Source: Eledone cirrhosa (taxonomy: Eukaryota). From it: a DNA stretch of 64,000 nt. A model generated the notes under the pieces. That model was not told the DNA's origin, did not search any database, and was given only the letters and a program-made list of their open reading frames with translations. The stretch covers positions 390,476,001 through 390,540,000 of the forward strand of contig OZ024741.1 of assembly GCA_964016885.1 (NCBI GenBank), in the 5' to 3' direction. Positions 54,160-64,000 of the stretch are shown here, piece after piece (the stretch's first letter is position 1; each line of letters opens with the position of its first letter). Made by a program: the position numbers and the translations under genes.

Positions 54160-55306
54160 GGCAAACATAATGACTTAAAATGCCAGTTCTGTGACAGAAA
54201 TACTGAAACAGTGGATCACCTAATATCTGCATGGACCACCTGAGCACCATATGAATAAAAAAAAAAAAAAATCGACAAAACAGAATGGGGCAATATATCC
54301 ACTGGAAAATATATGTCCTATGGAAAAGATGTAACAAAAAAATGGTATCAACATCATCCAAACCCAGTAACTGAAACTTGTAACATATAATGTTGTGGGA
54401 TTTTACAATACACACTGACAGGACAATCAAATCGAACAGACCAGATATAAGAAAAGATAAAAACAACAAAATGTGCTACATGATAGACATGCCAGTACCT
54501 GCTGATTGCAATGTGTATTTCAAAAAATATTTGAAAAGATCTCAAAGTACAAGGATCTTGAAATAGAGATTGAAAAAATGTGGCGTATGAAGACCACCAC
54601 AATTCCAGTTATAGTTGGAGCACTGGGCCTGATTAACAAGGGAATTGACAAACACTTGGATCACATGTCAGGTAAACCTTGTATAAACAAATTTTTATTT
54701 TTAATCATACTTGCTAGTACTACCCACATTTGGCAAAGAGCATTATCAGTGTAACGTTGGGAAGGCAAGCCATGTTGCACCCATGGACAAAAGGGTGCAC
54801 TTTATCCATAAAAAATGAGTACTGATTGTAGAATAAGGGAAAAGGGAGTTAGTGTTTTTAGTTACAGCTTTAATTACACACATGTTGAAGTAAATCTAAC
54901 ATTCAAATATCTTTACAGAGTCAATACAATAGTTAACAGTAATATACTGGTTTCATTCAGTATGGACATGTGATGCACATGAATGATGATCGCTGGGTGA
55001 AGAAGTGCCAGGGAATCCCAGTGGTAGGAAGCCGCAGTAGAGGTGGACCAACGAAGACCTGGGCAGAGGTGATGAAAGCTAGCCTCAAATCGCTGTGACG
55101 AGACTCACAGAGGAGATGAGTGGAGAGATGCTGTGGTGAGATGCTGTGGTGAAAAGGACCCAGCAAACACATACAGGCCTGGAAAAAAGGATTTTAAAAG
55201 ATGATGATGATGGTGATGATTAAACAGAATTTTACATACCAATCTCCTGTGTAAAAATGTTTACATAAAGAAATTGCTGAAATAAAGAACACAAAATCTA
55301 ACTTAC

Positions 55307-55421
55307 TGAACATCATCTTCTGTTTCCCCTTGCCGATCTGAGGTATCTGCTTGAATTGCTTCCATTGCAGTGGAATATTGTGCCAAACGCGTACGTATAG
55401 ACTTCCCACGCGCAAGGTTTA
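55307..55421 (-). CDS. PIP5K1: PIP5K1-like exon, end of kinase insert (phase 1-2)
   Basis: Acceptor ctctttcatttacag. NLARGKSIRTRLAQYSTAMEAIQADTSDRQGETEDDV matches YSTAMESIQ. Donor CA|gtaagt; joins the next exon in frame. Confidence 0.93.
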
Positions 55422-55713
55422 CTGTAAATGAAAGAGCAACAATGAAAAATTACAACAATGTACTTTACATGATGAAGACATGAATTGAGAATAACATTTT
55501 GGTTAGCTACAGAATCTGCCATCATTGTCTGGTCAAATGTCTGTTAGATGAGAATCTTGTGTGTGCTAATGAAAATCAGAAACAGAATCAAACTCAGGAT
55601 TTAAAATGCAGATTAACATATTAACATGCCCTTCAATACCTCACCCACCTTCAGTACCTTGTGCTGGAATTAAATATATAATGGACGTTAAACAGTGATG
55701 ATGATGATGATTT

Positions 55714-57829
55714 TCATCATCATCATCATCGTTTAACGTCCATTTTCCATGCTACCATGGGTTAGACGGGAGTTGTCCTAATTTGAGTCAAGGTTGGTCG
55801 GGTGACCGTGTCTCGCTCATATAGGACTATCTGGCAGGTTTTCTATGGTTGGATGCCCTTCCTAACACCAACCACATTTACAGTGTGGAACTGGGAACTT
55901 TTTACCGTGTTACCTACACGACCACATTACAACGTGGACTGTGTGTTTTTTGTCGTGACACCTACACAATCTCGATCTCATTATCTCATTTATTTGGACT
56001 GGATGTTGTGGTACCAACTTTACAGCGAGAGGGTGGTGTTGGTGGGAGTGGGAGGATAGGGTAGGGGTAGTGGATTGTGGTGTATATTTGGTTAAGAGGT
56101 GCCTACTGGCTGTAGGTTTCGCTTTGTACATTAGGCAAGGCGGGTCTTCTGTATTACTACATAGCGCCAAAGATCTCGGTCCAGTGACATTGTCTTAGAG
56201 AGGTGCAAGTGTGTAAGGTCGGAATTTATTAGATCGTACCAGGTTTTCCTGGGTCTGCCTACTCCGTAACTACCATCAACTTTGATCGCCTTGCACTTTT
56301 TTATACAGCTGTCGTCTTTCATGCGCATCACGTGACCATACCAACGTAGTCTTCTCTCAAGTAAACAGCATCTGATACCTCTTATTCCTAATTTCCCAAT
56401 TAGTTCATTTATGCTTTGCCGTTCACGTATATTACTATTACACATCCAACGGAGCATGCATGCTTCGTTCCTTTCCAATCTGCGCAGGTCCTCTGCACGT
56501 AATGCCCATGTCTCACTGCCATGTAGCATTGCTGTTCGTATACAAGCATCATACAATCTGCCTTTCATTTTTAGAGAGAAACCTTTTGTGGTCAACAGCA
56601 GTATAAGCTCTCTGAACTTTTTCCATCCCGTTCTGACTCTGGCTACTGTACTTTCAGAACACCCTCCTCCACTGCTGATTTCATCACCCAGGTAACAGAA
56701 AGTGTCCACTATTTCTATAGAACCATCTGGGCAATAGAAGGAGCTAGTATCCTGTGGACACTTGCTACTTATTGCACCTGAGCATCGGCCACATATAAAG
56801 TCTACGTTCTTAGATAGTTTACCTGTGATCCCACTACATATTTTATGTACCCATACTTTGCATTTGGGACATAAAATGGAATTTCTGCCTACTCCTTTCC
56901 TACACACTGAGCATGGCCATTTCCCTGAGGGCAACTGTGCCCTATTTTCCTTTCTACAAACTAGAACTTTAGTCTTAAACAAGTTAACTTTAAGGCCTTT
57001 TGATTCTAGGCCATGCTTCCATTTTTCGAATTTCTTCTCTAGTTCAGCCATTGATTCAGCTATGAGCGTTAGATCATCTGCGTATAGGAGTTCCCATGGG
57101 CAGCCGGTCTTGAACTCCTCTGTTATAGCCTGAAGGGCAATAATAAATAGAAGGGGGCTAAGGACAGAGCCTTGATGAACGCCAAATTTTACACTAAATT
57201 CTTCACAATATTCATTGTTAATTCTAACCTTACTGACTGTTTCATTATACATAGCTTGTATAGCTCTCACAAGCCATTCATCTACACCTAGTTTACTAAG
57301 AGCCCACCAGATAATGGAGGGGGGACTCTGTCAAAGGCTTTCTCCAGATCTACAAAAGCTAAGTAGAGGGGTTTACTTTTAGCTAGGTACTTCTCTTGTA
57401 GTTGTCGTACAAGGAAAAGAGCGTCTGTGGTACTTTTACCTGACACAAACCCAAACTGCATTTCATCTAGATCAATTCGCTCTCTGATTAGTTGCACTAT
57501 AACTCTTTCTGTGACCTTTATAACCTGGTCAACTAACTTAATGCCTCTATAGCATCCCCTTTACCCTTGTAGCAGTTAATGACGATGCTGCTACGCCAGT
57601 CTTTCGGTATGAACCCATTCTGTATTACTTGGTTAACTATACGGGTGACCGTAGTGTGTCCCACCATACCAGATGCCTTCAACATCTCAGCAACTATCCC
57701 TGAAGGCCCAGCTGCCTTGCCTGTCTTCATATCTTTGATTGCCTTACTTATTATACTACCTTTAACTTGCACCACTGGTCCTTCTATTGGATCGATTTGA
57801 GGCAGACTATCTTTTTCCCATTTATTTTG
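55714..57829 (-). mobile_element. 5'-truncated RTE LINE with PHD insert, same family as 1-1887, opposite orientation
   Basis: ORF pieces 57533-57832, 57288-57497 and 56131-57270 are highly similar to 93-1487. Small deletion and poly-G frameshift. Matching 3' UTR and GAT tail. Confidence 0.93.
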
Positions 57830-57870
57830 CAAGGACTCTTTATTTCAGACATGGATGGCCAATATAATTC

Positions 57871-57926
<56 letters not shown>

Positions 57927-58328
57927 TGTGATATATCATCATCACTATTTAATATCCATTTTTCCATGCTTGACGAGTCAAACAGGTTGTCCACATTGAA
58001 AGACAAGTCTGGCCAGGATTAGCCATGCCGTACCTTCCTCTGACGGGACTGTAAATTTGGCTAGGGTTTTACAGCTGGATATATATATATATATATATAT
58101 ATATAAACAGATGTATCTCAAATATCGAGTTTGAAATGCGAGTGTATTGGCATTCATACAGTAATTGGAAGAACTCAGCGCACGGAAGCTGTTAAAATAG
58201 TAAATGCCGTCAATGGCAGCGGCGGGTAAAATTCACCTCAAAGGATAGAAATCAGTGACTAGAATTGTGCAGGCTTGTAGAAGCAATAGGAAGAAATGAG
58301 AAAATGATAAAATATACGAATGGGAATC

Positions 58329-58460
58329 TCACAAACATTAATTTTTCTCATCGGCTTTTAGACCAACTGTGGTTTCGATAATTTAACTAAAAGGACCACA
58401 TAAGGTAAACGGCTCGTAACAACGGAGAAATAAATATCTCTGTCGGTATAATGTTTGTGA
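58329..58460 (-). ncRNA. Hammerhead-like fold with variant core (CCGACAGA...GAAA...GUC)
   Basis: Minus strand: tcacaaacatta-ta CCGACAGA gatattta[loop]taaattatc GAAA cca cagt tgg TC ta...taatgtttgtga. Stems I-III all pair; core has U4C plus a 1-nt insertion. Confidence 0.45.
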
Positions 58461-58642
58461 AAGAAACAAATAGATTAATAGGCAGATGGAGAGGTCAGAG
58501 AGAAAGAATAATGAAATGCGTCCACTAGGCTTAGAGTCACTGTCAGAAAAGGGAGAACAATGGCTCTCTAAGCAGAAAGGATGTGTATGAAGGGCAGCTA
58601 GACAAAGGGAGAAAGAGAGAAAAGCAGTAAGAGAATATTATT

Positions 58643-58673
<31 letters not shown>

Positions 58674-58829
58674 GTATATATAGATAGATAAACATATATA
58701 CATATATATATATATACTGTACCGATTGTGTTGTTATTTCTGTTTACCTTTTACATATATATATATATAAATTATTTAAAAAATAATGAATAAAACAATG
58801 AAACAGTTCCTTATATTAAACAAAAAAAG

Positions 58830-58982
58830 TTCATTATTTAACGATCGTTTCTAGGACATATATGTGTTAGAATTGGCATGCATATTCAACAGATCTATGT
58901 ACAAAATTATACAAAATTATACAAACTATCAAATATAATATACATACCAACACATACATATGCCGTCTTCAGAAATAATGAA
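58830..58982 (-). ncRNA. Type I hammerhead ribozyme in a Penelope pseudo-LTR
   Basis: Minus strand: TTCATTATTT-CTGAAGA-[114-nt stem II]-GAAA-CGATCG-T-T|AAATAATGAA. 10-bp stem I, palindromic stem III, GUU triplet. Confidence 0.75.
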
Positions 58983-59589
58983 ATATATTTATTGATAATA
59001 ACAACAATTCAAAATTACAGGTCTGTTTGGGAACAGAGTTCAAATTGACCAATGAAATACACAAAAATATATCAAGAAAATACAGTTAGGTGTGTGTATA
59101 AATGTAAGTAACTTCGTTCACAGATATGCATAAAAATATATGTTCACATGCATACACATGTCGAAAAAATGTATGTAAATACAAAAATTCAGGGCTAATG
59201 TCTCTGTATGTTTATAATCTACAGATAAAATACACATACGTATATAAACATATATACATTCATATATACACACATATACATACATTCACACACACACGCG
59301 CATATACACATACCCACGAACATACACACACACATACACCCACACATACACACACACACATATGTATATATTATTATTATAACTATATGGATATTAAGGC
59401 GCACACATAAGCACTGCCACATATATTTACATCTAGATGCAGAAGTAGGTAAAGGGGGTCAGTAATTACTAAGGGTGTCAGACAAACTGCCTATTTATAA
59501 AATGTATCTATAAATTTAGAAATAAAAAGAAAAGTATTAAAAAAAATATAAACAAGTAAAATATATACTCATACATAAAATACACACCG

Positions 59590-59648
<59 letters not shown>

Positions 59649-59722
59649 CATACATACATATATATATAGAGACACATACATATACATATATAAATACATA
59701 GACACATATACATACACACATA
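58909..59722. repeat. Left arm of a long inverted repeat (Penelope 3' pLTR region); partner 63083-64000
   Basis: Near-identical reverse complement; both arms give the same MHKNICSHAY.CRKNVCKYKNSG translation on opposite strands. Confidence 0.92.
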
Positions 59723-60153
59723 TATATATACACATATATTCACAACACATATATATATATATACACACATATATGTACATACACATACACATACATACAT
59801 ATACATATATACATACACACACATATATATACACACATATATACATACACATATATATACACACATATATACACACACACACATATATATACACATATAT
59901 ACACACATATATATATATATACATACACACACATATATATACACACACACACACACATACACATACGTATATATACACACACATACACATATCCATGTAT
60001 GTATATACACATACAACCACACGCTCACACAACTCAGACATACATAAATAAAGAGATATACATACACACATATACATATATATATATATATATAGATATA
60101 TACATACACATAAATATATATACACACACACATATACATACACATATATACAT

Positions 60154-60207
<54 letters not shown>

Positions 60208-60530
60208 GTATATATATATATATATAAAGAAAGAAAGAAAGAAAGAAATACACAGTCAGACAATTATGCACACATATATATATACACATACACACATCTC
60301 TACAAATATATATACACATACACACGCACACATACATATATACATACACACATATATATATAGACATATATATATACACATATATATACATACATATATA
60401 TATACACATATATATATATATACAATCATACACACTTATTTACATGCGCACATATGTATTTTTATACTCACATACAAACACCCAAACATACATACCTACT
60501 TACATACACATACATACATCCATGCTTACA
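59590..60530. repeat. Compound (TA)n/(CA)n/(CATA)n microsatellite field
   Basis: Direct observation. Confidence 0.95.
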
Positions 60531-60699
60531 AATACAAATAATTATGGGGGGGGGGGGATTACAATTATTAGTGGGAAATAGTAAATATAGGTTTCAAGGA
60601 ACATAGAATATTAATCTGCATTTAGATCATAATATGTGTTTACATAGTAGTTTCAGTATTAGGAAATGTAAGAAAGAAGGCAAAATTATGCATTTTAAT

Positions 60700-61620
60700 A
60701 TAAGTAGACTATTAATTATAGGTTAACTAAATTAAAAATAGTTAATATATTGATTTCTAAGGTGTATACTACTTAGGTTTATAATATTTGAAGCGGAATT
60801 TTGAAGTTAAACAGTAGTAGAGTATTAATTATAGCATAACTAAATTAAAAATATTAACATTATGGTATCAATATTAGGAAATGAATTTAGTAATAGGGAA
60901 AACCAAATCAAGTATTTCATCGGTAGTAGAATATAAATTATAGGTTAACTAAATTAAAAATTATATATTAAATTCTATAGTATATGTTAATTAGGTTTAT
61001 AATAATTAAAGCAGATTTTGTATTTTATCTATAGTAGAATATAATTATAGGTTAACAAAAATTAAAATTAATATATATATATATATATATATATTTTTTT
61101 AATTGTAAAGAATATATTAATTAGGTATATATTTAAAAATTTATCTCGGTTTATGATTACATGATATTCTGCAATCCATCTGTATTAGAATTTTAATTTT
61201 AAGCTAATTAAATTAAAATTATAGGTTAACTAAATTAAAATTAATTTATAAATAAATTTCTAAATTGTACATTAATTAGGTTTATAATATTAAAAAATAT
61301 TTCTCTGTTATTGATTACACGATATTTTGTTATATTTCATCTGTAAAAGAATTTTAATAAAAGGTTAAATAAACTAAAATTAATCTATAAATTAATTTAC
61401 AAAGTATATATTAATTATGTTAATAATATTTAAAAGTTTTTCACAATTTATGATTCACAATATTTTTTAATCTCATCTGTAGTAGAATTTTAATTAAATT
61501 AAATTTATAGGTTAACTACATTTAAATTAAATTATATATTAATTTCTAAAATATATATTATTAATTAGGTTTATAATATTTAAATGTTTTTCTCAGTTTA
61601 TGATTACACGATATAATTAA
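60700..61620 (-). repeat. Degenerate tandem array (~130-155 bp units) built from the Penelope ORF terminus
   Basis: TTAATTAGGTTTATAATATTT..TTTATGATTACACGATAT (ORF end, 61561) recurs at ~61411, 61272 and 61117, and partially at 60987 and 60772. ATTATAGGTTAACTAAATTAAAA also recurs. Confidence 0.8.
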
Positions 61621-63072
61621 TTCCTGTCGCTTATTTAATAGGATATCATTAGATTTCATTATTTCAAATAGTTCTTGGGAACATAATCTACATTCATTTC
61701 TATTATTTTGATAAGGGGTGGCTCTTTTGAGCACACTCCAGGTCATATCATATTCTATATTCTTATTTCTATAACTATTAATTTTTTCTGCTAGAGATGT
61801 TGTATTAGCCAGTGCGGCATTTTTAAAACTATGTTTGTGGGTATTAAACCTTACCTTAAAATTGTTAGAAGTAGCTCCTATATATGAGCAAATAGAATCT
61901 TTAGTTTTAACTTTACATTTATAAACTATGTTGTTAACAAGACAATTTCCTTTTAATGGGCAGTTTGCTTTGTTTCTACAGTTACAACCTTTCGTTAATT
62001 CTGTATTTGAGGAGATATTATGGTTAGTTTGATGTATTGGTGGTATACTTATGGTATTTTTACATTTATATGCATTATAGGCACTTATATTTTGTTTTAT
62101 GTTTTGGGTTGTTGAGTATGAGAATTTAACTGTTGACCTATTTAAGATTTGATGGTATTTGTGGTTTGGCGGGAAGTTTTTCTCTAGGATATAAAAAAAT
62201 TTTTTAGCAATATTATCCTTAATTTGTAAATTAAATGGAGCATTATACCAAGTAACTCGTCTATTACGGTTTCTATGTTGTTTATTATTTTTATAGGTTG
62301 TATCGTGATGTTTACTAGGAGGATTAATGTTAATGACCTCACCACGCACATTTTTAGTTAGATTTATTGATTTAGGTGTTTTATCTTGTTTATTAGGAGT
62401 TTTATTATTAACATTTATTAGAGTTGTATGATGAGTAGTTTTTTGAGAGTTACTATACTTTATATTAGAGGAGTTGTTGGTATTTTGGGGTATAGTGTGG
62501 GTGGCATTTAGGTGTGTACTTTTCATTTGGTGTTTGTTGGTAATATTAGGTTGTATGTTTATAGTATTTTTAGTAGAAGGTATATATTCTAATTTATTTT
62601 TGTGGCCACTTCTATCTAGAGCTTCGTTATAGAAGGTCGCATTTTTATCAAATACTTCTTGGTTAGACGAAAGGTTAGAAATTCTAAGTGATATATTATA
62701 TGCAAGGTTTTTAAGGATAGATTTAGGGTGATTAGATTGTGAGTGTATGTAGTGTAAGTTTTGGTTGGGTTTATGGTAAGGTTGGTAGATACCCGTAGCT
62801 AAGTCTAAAGTTATATCTAGGAAATTAACTACTTTACTTGTGTTTTCAAAAGTAATATGAAGACTATAATAGTCTTTAAGGAAAGTTCTAATAAGCTTTT
62901 TGTTTTTTTCTATTTCTGAGAGGCTAAGGTTGTTGGAAAGAAGAAGACAGTCATCACGATATAAACCACCTTTAAGGTGGGGAAAGGAAGCATTTATGTT
63001 GAAAAGAAGAAAGAGGCCCACAAGATCAGTAATTTGGGCAGAATCAATCGCTTGAACCCATAGTAATATCAA
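61561..63072 (-). CDS. Penelope-like retroelement polyprotein, 5'-truncated (RT motifs B-E, linker, GIY-YIG endonuclease)
   Basis: [68 protein letters not shown]. No internal stops over 503 codons. Confidence 0.92.
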   Translation of the reverse strand: MILLWVQAIDSAQITDLVGLFLLFNINASFPHLKGGLYRDDCLLLSNNLSLSEIEKNKKLIRTFLKDYYSLHITFENTSKVVNFLDITLDLATGIYQPYHKPNQNLHYIHSQSNHPKSILKNLAYNISLRISNLSSNQEVFDKNATFYNEALDRSGHKNKLEYIPSTKNTINIQPNITNKHQMKSTHLNATHTIPQNTNNSSNIKYSNSQKTTHHTTLINVNNKTPNKQDKTPKSINLTKNVRGEVININPPSKHHDTTYKNNKQHRNRNRRVTWYNAPFNLQIKDNIAKKFFYILEKNFPPNHKYHQILNRSTVKFSYSTTQNIKQNISAYNAYKCKNTISIPPIHQTNHNISSNTELTKGCNCRNKANCPLKGNCLVNNIVYKCKVKTKDSICSYIGATSNNFKVRFNTHKHSFKNAALANTTSLAEKINSYRNKNIEYDMTWSVLKRATPYQNNRNECRLCSQELFEIMKSNDILLNKRQELIISCNHKLRKTFKYYKPN

Positions 63073-63082
63073 ATAGATTACT

Positions 63083-64000
<918 letters not shown>

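Larger units (their letters stand above)
52325..54755 (+). mobile_element. R4/Dong-like RLE non-LTR retrotransposon relic, split by nested insertions
   Basis: WQNKPLHGQY and FILAAQDQ (52325-52539). After 54168: YIHWKI, LWDFTIHTDRTIKSNRPDI, EKISKYKDL, TIPVIVGALG. Confidence 0.8.

Noticed and set aside
55240-55246. 7-nt micro-exon-like cag|GAGATTG|gtatgt
   Set aside because: It would shift the frame before the catalytic exon, and the flanking exons already join in frame.
59126-60541. Long ORFs rich in YI/CV/HT (also 63085-63784, 20786-21139, 2000-2258)
   Set aside because: Translations of dinucleotide microsatellites.
61561-63072. Selenocysteine-coding PLE, as described for some Naiad elements
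   Set aside because: No in-frame TGA in the visible ORF and no SECIS recognised; clade not assigned.

Overview
AT-rich, repeat-dense eukaryotic DNA. The SINE, RTE-LINE and microsatellite profile suggests an octopus or other coleoid cephalopod (inference). The window holds the 3' half of a minus-strand type I phosphatidylinositol-4-phosphate 5-kinase gene (PIP5K1-like). I assembled seven phase-compatible GT-AG exons by hand: 55421-55307, 52101-51969, 49383-49296, 31682-31524, 30511-30352, 19615-19532 and 8967/8943-8741. The 5' exons and the final exon(s) were not found and probably lie outside the window. The introns contain three RTE LINEs whose RT carries an inserted PHD-type finger (one ORF is uninterrupted), a GC-rich CRE-like relic, and an R4-like relic with a nested RTE and a piggyBac-type MITE. 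They also contain hAT, mariner and Tc-like relics, at least two tRNA-SINE families, and two Penelope-like elements with inverted repeats. Most notable observations: (i) a type I hammerhead ribozyme with a ~114-nt stem II in the Penelope pseudo-LTR, plus a second core-variant hammerhead-like fold ~370 nt away, both sense to the host pre-mRNA; (ii) a well-signalled 60-nt cassette exon whose last codon is TAA after a Cys-rich ...LCCLLVNIACC; (iii) inverted RTE copies bracketing a phase 1-1, stop-free exon block (circRNA/ADAR candidate); (iv) a graded tandem array made from the Penelope ORF terminus. Repeat boundaries are approximate. No database search or folding computation was run.
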